Assembly (NCBI GenBank): GCA_964634895.1
Contig: CAZWJS010000004.1
Span: 1-48,859, forward strand
Length of the DNA stretch: 48,859 nucleotides
From: an uncultured archaeon
GTDB lineage: Archaea; Thermoplasmatota; Poseidoniia; MGIII; CG-Epi1
Direction of reading: 5' to 3'
Shown: in pieces, positions 8,148 through 17,207 of the stretch
Numbering within the stretch: the first letter of the stretch is position 1
How the letters are laid out: every line of letters starts with the position of its first letter
Program-made: the position numbers and the translations under genes
The notes under the pieces: model-generated
Database searches by the model: none
What the model saw: only the letters and a program-made list of their open reading frames with translations
Told to the model about the DNA's origin: nothing

Positions 8148-10045
8148 AATTACCCTATTCTTTTAGAGATAATCAAAAGGAAACAGTAGAGTCAATTAAA
8201 GCAGCTCTGGCTGAAAGAAATCATATAGTATTAGAATCACCTACTGGCAGTGGTAAGACTTTTACATCTCTAGCTGCAGCCTTGCCTTTTGCGCAAAAAA
8301 ATGATATGAAGATTGTATATTGTGTCCGCACAAATTCTCAGCAGAAACAGGTTATACATGAGTTACAACAGTTTAAGAAATCTGGAAATCAGATTAAGGC
8401 GATTGCAGTTCAAGGTCGTGAAGCACTTTGTCCTCAGCAAAAATATGATGGGGAGTTGAAAAAGTCTAATTGGTCCGAGAAATCAAAAATTTGTAAGACT
8501 CTTAAAATGCAATCTAAAATGGGAGAAGCTGGTTGCCAATTTTATCGCCAACTTGTGCGAGGATGTCAGACTTTGACCAAAAAGTGGTCTTCTGAAATAC
8601 TTACAGCCCAAGAATTTGCAAAACAAGCTGAAGAAGAAAATCTTTGTCCATATGAACTAAACAAATTGATGCTTAAAGAGGCCCAAGTAGTAATTGTACC
8701 TTATGTTTATTTCTTTGAAGAATTTATACGGAAATATATGCTTGGATGGATGGGCACTTCTATTGATAAAATAATTCTCATAGTTGATGAAGCCCATAAT
8801 CTTCCAGATTGGGCAAGGGGTGCAGCATCAGAGTCAATGTCTATAGACTCTATTAACCGAGCAGTTAATGAAATCAAGGATTATGGATATCTTCTTTCTG
8901 AAGGTCGAGATCCAATTTATTTCTTGAATCTTGTCGAAGCTTCAATTGAAAAATTAGCAGAAGAGCATATAATTGATAATGAAGAAGAAGGGCATTTACC
9001 ATCAAATATAGTTTCACCAGATTCTGCCGTGGCAACTTTTGAAACAGAAATGATGTCACTTGGAAAAATGACACTTTTTAAATTAAAGCAAGATTCTACT
9101 GAACTTGCTAAAATGGGGCAACAGATGCGCCAATATCTTCTGGATCATGGAAAGCGCCCTCGTTCATATTTGGGTTCTGTTGGAGATTTTTTATGCCGTT
9201 GGTTAGACTCTATAGAAAGCCATACAATACGTTTGGTTGGTAAAGAGCCTTTGAGATTAGAGAAGGTTTGTCTTGACCCTAGAGTTATGACTGGGTTTTT
9301 CGACAGTACGGCCGGTGTAGTTTCAATGTCTGGTACAATAAGTCCTTTAGATATGTTCCGTGATTTAGTAGGATTGAGGGCGGATGCTGTTTTAGAAAGG
9401 AAAGAATCTATATTTCCATTAAAGAACAAGAAAATAGTATACCTTAAAGATGTTACAACATCATACAATGAATTGAATACTAATCCCAATATCTGGAAAA
9501 AAGTGTTATCTAAAATAAAATTAATTACTACTAATTTTGAAGGTAATATTGCCTTATTTTTTCCATCATACAAATTGCTTGACTTAGCTTTTGAAGGTCT
9601 TAATCTTAAAAAACCAGTATATAGAGAATATTCTGGAATGGAACAGGAAGAGTTAATGCAAACCGTTGAGAGTTTTAAATCAGACCGCGGAGCTGTTTTA
9701 GCAGGCGTAATGGGTGGAAGGTTGGCAGAAGGTATAGATTATCCTGATACTTCACTAGAGATGGCTGTGATAGTAGGAATACCTTATCCTGCGCCAGGAG
9801 TGAGGCAAGAGGCATTACAACATTATTATGATATCACTTTTGATGGTCGGGGTTGGAAATTTGCAGTGGAGTCTCCAGCTGTACGTAAACTTCTTCAAGC
9901 TGCAGGGCGTGTTGTTCGCTCTGAAAATGACAGGGGATTCATAGTGATAGCTGATAGTCGAACAGGCCGTTTCTTAGAATATATTCCTGAACTAGAGCAA
10001 TCAAATGATATTGTATCTGAAATTGGCGAATTCTTTGAAGCCTAA
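8144..10045 (+). CDS. xpd: XPD/Rad3-family 4Fe-4S DNA helicase
   Basis: ESPTGSGKT, DEAHNL, SGT, GRLAEGIDY and QAAGRVVRSENDRG motifs, with four Fe-S cysteines (LCP, KIC, GCQFY, LCPYE). Confidence 0.92.
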   Translation: MKLPYSFRDNQKETVESIKAALAERNHIVLESPTGSGKTFTSLAAALPFAQKNDMKIVYCVRTNSQQKQVIHELQQFKKSGNQIKAIAVQGREALCPQQKYDGELKKSNWSEKSKICKTLKMQSKMGEAGCQFYRQLVRGCQTLTKKWSSEILTAQEFAKQAEEENLCPYELNKLMLKEAQVVIVPYVYFFEEFIRKYMLGWMGTSIDKIILIVDEAHNLPDWARGAASESMSIDSINRAVNEIKDYGYLLSEGRDPIYFLNLVEASIEKLAEEHIIDNEEEGHLPSNIVSPDSAVATFETEMMSLGKMTLFKLKQDSTELAKMGQQMRQYLLDHGKRPRSYLGSVGDFLCRWLDSIESHTIRLVGKEPLRLEKVCLDPRVMTGFFDSTAGVVSMSGTISPLDMFRDLVGLRADAVLERKESIFPLKNKKIVYLKDVTTSYNELNTNPNIWKKVLSKIKLITTNFEGNIALFFPSYKLLDLAFEGLNLKKPVYREYSGMEQEELMQTVESFKSDRGAVLAGVMGGRLAEGIDYPDTSLEMAVIVGIPYPAPGVRQEALQHYYDITFDGRGWKFAVESPAVRKLLQAAGRVVRSENDRGFIVIADSRTGRFLEYIPELEQSNDIVSEIGEFFEA

Positions 10046-10049
10046 ATCC

Positions 10050-10055
10050 TTTAAT
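10050..10055 (+). promoter_or_regulatory. Probable TATA box of tRNA-Thr
   Basis: TTTAAT 24-29 nt upstream of the tRNA 5' end, the expected archaeal spacing. Confidence 0.5.
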
Positions 10056-10078
10056 CTAATATTCTTAGCCAAATTCAT

Positions 10079-10155
10079 GCCACCGTGGCTTAGCTCGGTA
10101 TAGCGACTGATTCGTAATCAGTAGGTCGGGGGTTCAAATCCCCCCGGTGGCTCCA
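10079..10155 (+). tRNA. tRNA-Thr(CGT), intronless, CCA encoded
   Basis: Acceptor stem GCCACCG/CGGTGGC, anticodon arm ACTGA-TTCGTAA-TCAGT, T arm GGGGG-TTCAAAT-CCCCC, 3' TCCA. Confidence 0.97.
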
Positions 10156-11460
10156 TTAATTCTTCTCGTATCTTATTTTACTCTGACGCATGGCTTCAAG
10201 TGCAGGCATTGTTTCTCCAGACATGAATGATATGCACGATCCACCTCCTGTAGAAAGATGTTCAATACTCGATGCAATATTCATTTGATTAAATGCCATG
10301 ACAGTTTCCCCCCCACCAACAACAACTATAGCGTCACTTTTTGCAATTGCCTTAAATATTTCATGAGTCCCTAGCGCAAATTCAGGATTTTCAAAAACGC
10401 CCATAGGTCCATTTACGATAATAGTTCCAGCTTTATCAATCATTCCTATGTATTCAACTAATGTATCTAGCCCAATATCATATACTGGATTTTCACTTGG
10501 TAATTCATCAACATTCATTCCTTTACGTTTTCCTTTAATGTTTAGTGCCACATCACTTGGAATTATAATTTTCTCCTTATATTTCTTTAGCAAAAAGGCA
10601 GCTTGTTTTATTACATAATCACAATTGGGTATATTTTGTTTTATAAAATTGGAGCTTGATTTTCCAATATCTTTTCCAGAAGCCATTAAAAATATGTTAG
10701 CCACTACTCCTCCAGTTAATACATAATTAATTCCTTTCTCTAGGAAATTTTGAGTGATTTTTACGGAATCTGCAGCTTTACTTCCACCCAATAGTGCAAT
10801 TCGTGGTTCAGGCCCAGAATCAATTGCTTTTCCCAAATAATCTAATTCTCTTTGCATAACTCTTCCAGCGATAGCAGGTAGTTTCTCAGCAAATCCTACT
10901 AAAGAAGGTTGACATCGATGAGCTGCTGCAAAGGCATCGTTGACAAATAAATCAGCAAGAGGGGATAAATTTGTGACCATTTTTGATTTGGCCTGTGGCT
11001 CAAAATCAGTTCCATTATATTCGTTCAAATTTATTTCTTCATCATCAAATCTAACGTTATCTAGCATTATAATTTCAGAATTGTTGAGTTTTTTGATCAT
11101 TTTAGTAGCTTTTTTGCCCCATATATCTGGTACGAAAGTTATATTTTTTTCTATTATTTCAGACATCCTCTTAGCATGTTTTTCTAGGCTAACAAAATCT
11201 AATTTTCCAGGCCTTGATTGATGAGCTAAAATTACAATCTTAGCTCCCCATTTAGCGAGTTCTTCAACAGTTTTTGAATGTCGTCTTATTCTTGTATCAT
11301 CAAGTATTTTTCCATTCTCCGGATTTATTGATGAATTTATATCTACACGTAAAATTATAGTTTTACCATTTACTCTGAAATCATCGATCGTCAAAAAACT
11401 ACGCTTACTAAGACTGTCAAATTTTCCATCGATTGTTTGGAATTTCTGCACCCTGTCCAC
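10156..11460 (-). CDS. pgk: Phosphoglycerate kinase
   Basis: LRVDINS, LAHQSRPG, LDNVRF, FVNDAFAAAHR, LGGSK, NGPMGVFE and HLSTGGG motifs. Start probably GTG 11460 or 11451; the track start at 11529 overlaps rfcS. Confidence 0.95.
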   Translation of the reverse strand: MDRVQKFQTIDGKFDSLSKRSFLTIDDFRVNGKTIILRVDINSSINPENGKILDDTRIRRHSKTVEELAKWGAKIVILAHQSRPGKLDFVSLEKHAKRMSEIIEKNITFVPDIWGKKATKMIKKLNNSEIIMLDNVRFDDEEINLNEYNGTDFEPQAKSKMVTNLSPLADLFVNDAFAAAHRCQPSLVGFAEKLPAIAGRVMQRELDYLGKAIDSGPEPRIALLGGSKAADSVKITQNFLEKGINYVLTGGVVANIFLMASGKDIGKSSSNFIKQNIPNCDYVIKQAAFLLKKYKEKIIIPSDVALNIKGKRKGMNVDELPSENPVYDIGLDTLVEYIGMIDKAGTIIVNGPMGVFENPEFALGTHEIFKAIAKSDAIVVVGGGETVMAFNQMNIASSIEHLSTGGGSCISFMSGETMPALEAMRQSKIRYEKN

Positions 11461-11494
11461 GTGCCGCAAGGGGGTTGTTTGTAAACCTTTTTGT

Positions 11495-12460
11495 CTATGC
11501 TTTATCCATATTTCTTCCGAATATTGCAAAATTTGCTACTACGGCTTCTATTTGAATTCTAGAATTCGCGCCTTCGGAAAGTCTGAAATCTGCTTCAGCA
11601 AGTTTCTCAATCATTTGAACTTTTGTCACGTCTGGTATGTCTAATTCTCTAACTGAACGGTGCATTTGCCTTAGTACATCTTCACCAGCTAGTCCATATG
11701 TGATTTGTAATGTATCCAATCTTTCTCTTGCACTAGAAAAATTTCCTTCGAGCGCCAATTCTAAAGCTTCTTTGACTTCCTCAGGTCTTGCAGCAGCTAC
11801 AGCCTGGTAAACTACATCTGGTGTAATGTCAATATCTGCAGCAGCGGCCATCTGTAAACCATTTATTGCTCTTCTCAAGTCTCCTTGCGCAAGATATGTT
11901 AATGCTTGATAACCTTCTTTGCTTATATTTAATTTTTCCTTAGAAGCGACAAATTTAAGGTATTTTTCCAAATCTTCCGCTTTTATAGGTTTAAATCTGA
12001 AGACTGCACAACGTGATTGTATAGGGTCAATTATCTTTGAAGAAAAGTTACAAGACATAACAAATCTACATGTTCTAGCATATTTTTCCATAGTCCTTCT
12101 AAGTGCAGCTTGAGCAGCACTAGTCAGTGCATCAGCTTCATCAAGAAATATAATTTTGAATCCATCTTCTCCTAGTGGTGCAGTTCTGGCAAATTCTTTA
12201 ATTTTCCCCCTTACAACGTCAATTCCTCTTTCATCTGAAGCATTTAATTCATGTAAATTATGTTTCCACAATTCTCCAAACATTTCTTTTGCTAAGGCTA
12301 ATGCACTGGTTGTTTTTCCAATTCCAGCTGGTCCTGCAAAAAGTAAATGCGGCATGGATCTTTCCTTAACGTAATTTTTTAATCTAGTAGTTACGCCACT
12401 TTGCCCCACCACTTCAGATAGATTTGTAGGGCGATATTTTTCAATCCAAATTTCCTCCAT
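11495..12460 (-). CDS. rfcS: Replication factor C small subunit
   Basis: WIEKYRP, GPAGIGKTT, ELNASDERGIDVVR, LDEAD and IQSRC motifs. Start at ATG 12460 (MEEIWIEKYRP). No intein. Confidence 0.96.
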   Translation of the reverse strand: MEEIWIEKYRPTNLSEVVGQSGVTTRLKNYVKERSMPHLLFAGPAGIGKTTSALALAKEMFGELWKHNLHELNASDERGIDVVRGKIKEFARTAPLGEDGFKIIFLDEADALTSAAQAALRRTMEKYARTCRFVMSCNFSSKIIDPIQSRCAVFRFKPIKAEDLEKYLKFVASKEKLNISKEGYQALTYLAQGDLRRAINGLQMAAAADIDITPDVVYQAVAAARPEEVKEALELALEGNFSSARERLDTLQITYGLAGEDVLRQMHRSVRELDIPDVTKVQMIEKLAEADFRLSEGANSRIQIEAVVANFAIFGRNMDKA

Positions 12461-12546
12461 GTTTACCCCTATTTGCGCGTTGTATTTAATTCCGTCCACC
12501 AAATTTAATGTAAAACATATATAGCCCCTATTCAACCCTCATTTCA

Positions 12547-13713
12547 ATGTCAAAGTATGAGGGTGTTGACTTTTACAATCTCGAGCAATATCTTACTGAA
12601 GAAGAGATTATGATTCGAGATTCGGTTCGTGAATGGGTTGATGAAAAGGTTATTCCAATTATAGAGGATTATTATACTAAAGGTACGTTTCCAATGGAAC
12701 TGATTTCAGAGATTGGTGATATGGGTCTTTTTGGCTGTAATTTAGAGGGTTATGAATGTGCAGGTTTGTCTAATGTTGCTTATGGCTTGATTTGTCAGGA
12801 ATTAGAAAGAGGCGATTCAGCAATTCGAAGTTGTGTTTCAGTTCAAGGTTCATTGTCGATGTACCCGATTCATGCTTTTGGTTCAGAAGAGCAAAAGCAG
12901 AAATATTTACCGGGCATGGCAAAGGGCAAATTGATTGGATGTTTTGGGTTAACCGAACCAGACCATGGTTCAGATCCAGGTAGCATGGAAACTAAAGCAG
13001 TTGAAGATGGTGATTCGTATGTTCTTAATGGTGCAAAAATGTGGATAACCAATGGAACCGTTGCAGATTTAGCTATTGTTTGGGCGAAATTGGAGGGTAA
13101 AATCCGTGGATTTATTGTTGAAAAAGATGATTCTGGATTTTCAGCTCCAGAAATGAAAGGTAAGCATTCACTTAGAGCTTCAATAACTAGTGAATTAGTT
13201 TTTCAGGATTGCAGAATACCTAAGGATAGAATGTTACCTGATGTGCAGGGTCTTAAGGGGCCCTTAAGTTGCTTAACGCAGGCACGCTTCGGTATTGTTT
13301 GGGGTGCTTTAGGTGCAGCTATGGGCTGCTATCATTCATCAGTTGATTACTCTAAGTCTAGAATAATGTTTGATAGGCCAATTGCTAGTTTTCAGTTGGT
13401 TCAAAATAAATTAGCATGGATGTTGAGAGAAATAACAAAGGGGCAATTATTAGCATATCATCTTGGACGTGCAAAAGACAAAGGTGAGGCAACTCCAGAA
13501 ATGGTGTCACTTGGTAAAATGAATAATGTAGATATTGCTCTCCAAATTGCACGTACATCAAGAGATATACATGGAGCCAATGGAATACTAAATGAATATC
13601 CAATTATGAGACATATGGCTAATCTTGAAAGTGTTTATACTTATGAAGGGACCCACGACATTCATAATCTAATATTGGGACGTTGGATTACAGATATTCA
13701 AGCTTTTGAATAG
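12547..13713 (+). CDS. gcdH: Acyl-CoA dehydrogenase, glutaryl-CoA dehydrogenase-like
   Basis: ELERGDSAIRS, GCFGLTEPDHGSDP and GANGI..EYPIMRHMANLESVYTYEGTHDIH, typical of the GCDH subfamily. Confidence 0.85.
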   Translation: MSKYEGVDFYNLEQYLTEEEIMIRDSVREWVDEKVIPIIEDYYTKGTFPMELISEIGDMGLFGCNLEGYECAGLSNVAYGLICQELERGDSAIRSCVSVQGSLSMYPIHAFGSEEQKQKYLPGMAKGKLIGCFGLTEPDHGSDPGSMETKAVEDGDSYVLNGAKMWITNGTVADLAIVWAKLEGKIRGFIVEKDDSGFSAPEMKGKHSLRASITSELVFQDCRIPKDRMLPDVQGLKGPLSCLTQARFGIVWGALGAAMGCYHSSVDYSKSRIMFDRPIASFQLVQNKLAWMLREITKGQLLAYHLGRAKDKGEATPEMVSLGKMNNVDIALQIARTSRDIHGANGILNEYPIMRHMANLESVYTYEGTHDIHNLILGRWITDIQAFE

Positions 13714-14702
13714 GTTCCTGCACTTTCAACGGCTTCATTCCAAGAATCGCAATTATAGCAGTTTCGAGTCAATGTTTTACCGTTGCCGTTAGCTCCATCG
13801 TCTTTTGTATAACTAAAAGTATCTTCAAATAAGTCTTTAGATAATGTCAAATTATCACTATTGCTAAGTCCATTACCAATAGCTATATCTTCTACTAAAA
13901 ACACATATAAGTGATCACCGTATGTATCTCTAAAAATTGTCTTTGATGTTGTGATTATTCCTACTCCCTTTGCCGGAAGAGTCATTGTTTCAGTTCCTTC
14001 AGCTACAATATTATCTTCTTCAGTTAAATCTGATATTGTCCATCCTTCCATATATATTGCAACAGAGTTGGGATTGTACACTTCAATCCATTCATAATTA
14101 GCAGTATTTGTAGTAGGATTGTACATTATTTCTGTCATGTAAATATTGTCAGTTGTTGGTTTTCCAGAGTAAACGGTTACAGTAAGGACTGAAGGAATTG
14201 CGGAAGTCCCATCGTTGTAAAGGAGATATCTTTCAGATTTAACACTTATTGAAGCACTATCTGTATTTCCTCCCCATTCGCACACTATTTCATTTGGTAC
14301 CAATGTTCTAACCTCTATCCTGAGTTGATCTGTAACTTCTAGTTCAGACCTTAAGTCATTGTTTGGAAATTTGCTAAGAGCATCACATTTTCCTTTATCG
14401 ATTTCTCCATCTGAATTTAAGATTCCAACAGTTAGACCATCTTTTAGTTGTCCATCACCAGTTCCAAATTCTAGTATTTCCCAATTAGTTGAATTTTCAA
14501 ATAAACCTTCTGATCCCGTTAATTCTGATATTGCTTCTCTGGCCATAACAACTCTGTTATCATTGTTATCCAAATCGATTCCAATACGAAAATTCATAGA
14601 CGATGTGAAAGCTTGAAGAATAAGTACAAAGACAGTTAAGGCAATTGTGAATTCGATTACATGAGTAACCGCATCTTCCTTTCCATTTAGTTTTCTTCTC
14701 AT
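13698..14702 (-). CDS. Membrane-anchored or pilin-like protein with a C-terminal lamin-tail domain
   Basis: N-terminal charged leader, then DA|VTHVIEF plus a hydrophobic helix (class III signal-like). IYMTEIMYNP...YEWIEVYNP...EGWTISD and GLSNS.D.L.L fit a lamin-tail domain. Confidence 0.7.
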   Translation of the reverse strand: MRRKLNGKEDAVTHVIEFTIALTVFVLILQAFTSSMNFRIGIDLDNNDNRVVMAREAISELTGSEGLFENSTNWEILEFGTGDGQLKDGLTVGILNSDGEIDKGKCDALSKFPNNDLRSELEVTDQLRIEVRTLVPNEIVCEWGGNTDSASISVKSERYLLYNDGTSAIPSVLTVTVYSGKPTTDNIYMTEIMYNPTTNTANYEWIEVYNPNSVAIYMEGWTISDLTEEDNIVAEGTETMTLPAKGVGIITTSKTIFRDTYGDHLYVFLVEDIAIGNGLSNSDNLTLSKDLFEDTFSYTKDDGANGNGKTLTRNCYNCDSWNEAVESAGTYSKA

Positions 14703-16186
14703 CCTTTGATTTCTCTCTTGAATAGGCGTGTTGCCAGTCTAAGGCAGGTTAAAGGCCATAAGACAAGTGCCAATAAAACTAACCATCCAGGTATCCCCTC
14801 TAGATCTATAGCTAAAGTTCGGTGGGTTAATAGCCCCACTGAAAATTGATAAACATACCCCGGATTTAACATTCCTAGATGTGATGCAATTGTTTGAAAC
14901 AAAGGATCGTTTTCAAAATTATCTTCAGTAAGATCAACACCTATTGCAAAAGAAATGGCATAAATTATTAAATTCCATACAACCGCAAAAAGCAACCACA
15001 TACCTAATCCATAGATAACAACATCAGTACCAGATTTTGCAGACACGGCAAAGCACAATTGGAAGCAAATCATAGTAAATATCATGATTTGGCCGCAAAC
15101 AAAGAAGGCGATTATCCCACTCGTAGTTGGTAAATCACCTGCACTAATCATAAAATATAATCCTATTAATTGAGCTAAAAATGCTGGAATTCCAACCACT
15201 AATGTTAATCCTAAAGCTTTTCCTAATACTATGCTTTCTCGAGTAATAGGTCTTGCTAGTATGATGTTGAGTGTATTTGCTTGTCTTTCTTTGTGAAAAG
15301 AGTCTACAGATACTCCAATTGCAGCTAAGGAAACAACAAAAAATGTAAAGAAACAAAGTTGTTGAAGGGCACTATTTGGATTAGCAACAAAAAACGTAGA
15401 TTCAGGATCTCCACTTTGTAGATCACCTAAAAGCCACCCCATCCCAACAATAAATAAGGTGAAAAATGCACCTAAAACAACCATTCTTGGTGACTTTATT
15501 CCTTGGTCTAGTTCAAATTTAGCTATATGCCAGGCGCAACCGATATGATATTTTAGATTGTCAATACGCTTTAAAGATAAATATGCTCCAATTAGTAAAA
15601 TTATACTTTCTAAGCCAAAGAAATAATAATCTTTTTCAGACGCTAATTGTATATCTTCAGGATTAGCTTCCCATCCTTCTCTTATTAATGTTATATTCTC
15701 ACCATTTTTTTCAAAAGAAGAGGTGTTCTGGATCAACTTTGCTTCAATAGTAATTATTTCACTGACAAAATATTTTCCCGATAGATTCCCATGAACTAAT
15801 ATTCTCATGCCATCAACATTAATCATAGTTTTCCCATACAAATCCTCCTCGTAGACAAGTCCTTCACCCTCTGAAAATTTACCAGTAATAATATCAGTAC
15901 CATAAACTTCGGATTTTGGAGATGTTTCTAGTACTCCCTTAAATACAATTTTATCACCAACATTTTCTTCAAAATCAATATTCCATTCACTTTCATTTTT
16001 GGTTATTTGTTGATTATTCCATATATCATTAGGATTTGTTTCTGCGTTAGTTTCCCAATAAATAAAATGACTAATTGCTATAATGATAACTATTGAAATG
16101 GCAATAATCAATGGTTGCCAGATAATCATTGATTTCCATCTCTGATTTGATCGTTTGAGTAGTGAGTTCCATGCATCTTCATCCAT
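14699..16186 (-). CDS. ABC-2 type exporter permease with an extra N-terminal extracytoplasmic domain
   Basis: IAKFEL and DSFHKERQANTLNIILARPITRESIVLGK motifs, multiple TMs. ATG 16186 is preceded by GGAGTG. Confidence 0.85.
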   Translation of the reverse strand: MDEDAWNSLLKRSNQRWKSMIIWQPLIIAISIVIIIAISHFIYWETNAETNPNDIWNNQQITKNESEWNIDFEENVGDKIVFKGVLETSPKSEVYGTDIITGKFSEGEGLVYEEDLYGKTMINVDGMRILVHGNLSGKYFVSEIITIEAKLIQNTSSFEKNGENITLIREGWEANPEDIQLASEKDYYFFGLESIILLIGAYLSLKRIDNLKYHIGCAWHIAKFELDQGIKSPRMVVLGAFFTLFIVGMGWLLGDLQSGDPESTFFVANPNSALQQLCFFTFFVVSLAAIGVSVDSFHKERQANTLNIILARPITRESIVLGKALGLTLVVGIPAFLAQLIGLYFMISAGDLPTTSGIIAFFVCGQIMIFTMICFQLCFAVSAKSGTDVVIYGLGMWLLFAVVWNLIIYAISFAIGVDLTEDNFENDPLFQTIASHLGMLNPGYVYQFSVGLLTHRTLAIDLEGIPGWLVLLALVLWPLTCLRLATRLFKREIKG

Positions 16187-16187
16187 C

Positions 16188-17156
16188 TTAAACACTCCTC
16201 GTTTCCTTAAGAAAAACATCTTCTAAGGAATTTGTGTGAGGTTCTATAGAGTAAATTTTAACATTTTGGGCAACTAGTTCATCAGTTACCCAAGGTATAA
16301 GATTTTCCTTCAATTTCAACAAAAGTAAGTTATGTTTACCAGCAATCGTTTCTCTTAGAATCACAATGCCCTTTTTTTTTTGTAATTTCTCAGAAATTCT
16401 TTCGTTAATTCCTTTAACTCTCAAAGATAACTTAACATCAGCTTTTTTTACTTCTTTAATAATTCCGTTAATGTTGTCTTGCCGAATCATTTTTCCTTTG
16501 TCTATAATTCCTACATGGGTGCAAATTTCTTGAACTTCAGATAAAACATGGGAGCTCAGAAGAATAGTCAATCCCTTTCTATTCAAATCAAGTAATAATG
16601 TTCTTAGAGCCTTTACACCTCTTGGATCTAATCCAGACGTAGGTTCATCTAAGATTAGAATGTCTGGTTTATGAAGTAGTGCAGAGGCTAAAGCCAATCG
16701 CTTTTTCATTCCTAATGAGAATTCACCTACCTTTCTTTCAATATCATTAGCTAGGCCTAACGTTTTTAGCAATTCTTCACTTCTCTTTTTTATCTTTTCT
16801 TTGGAAATGTTATAGAATCCTCCATAAAATTCCAGAGTTTGCATTGGATTTAACCTGCCATATAGGCCTATTTGTTCAGGCAAGAAGCCAATGTTATTTT
16901 TTATTCCAAATGAGTCCTCATCTATATTTTTTCCGTTGATATATATTTCTCCCTCATCACATTGAAGAATGCCAGTAAGACACTTTATTGTTGTAGTCTT
17001 TCCAGCACCATTTGGACCCAGAAAACCAAATATTTGGCCCTTTTTTACATTAAAACTTAGTTTGTCCAAGGCTTTAAACTCTTTAATTACTCTTCCGAAT
17101 CTGTAAGTACGATAATTCATTTCGACATTTTTCAGTTCAAGAAGATGCTTTGTCAC
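16188..17156 (-). CDS. ABC transporter ATP-binding protein (CcmA/ABC-2 type)
   Basis: GPNGAGKTT, FSLGMKKR, LILDEPTSGLDP and LSSH motifs. Confidence 0.95.
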   Translation of the reverse strand: MTKHLLELKNVEMNYRTYRFGRVIKEFKALDKLSFNVKKGQIFGFLGPNGAGKTTTIKCLTGILQCDEGEIYINGKNIDEDSFGIKNNIGFLPEQIGLYGRLNPMQTLEFYGGFYNISKEKIKKRSEELLKTLGLANDIERKVGEFSLGMKKRLALASALLHKPDILILDEPTSGLDPRGVKALRTLLLDLNRKGLTILLSSHVLSEVQEICTHVGIIDKGKMIRQDNINGIIKEVKKADVKLSLRVKGINERISEKLQKKKGIVILRETIAGKHNLLLLKLKENLIPWVTDELVAQNVKIYSIEPHTNSLEDVFLKETRSV

Positions 17157-17207
17157 GTAAAGTCACCCTTAATTGCTGTTATAAAACCACATCGCCCTTG
17201 TAGTAGT

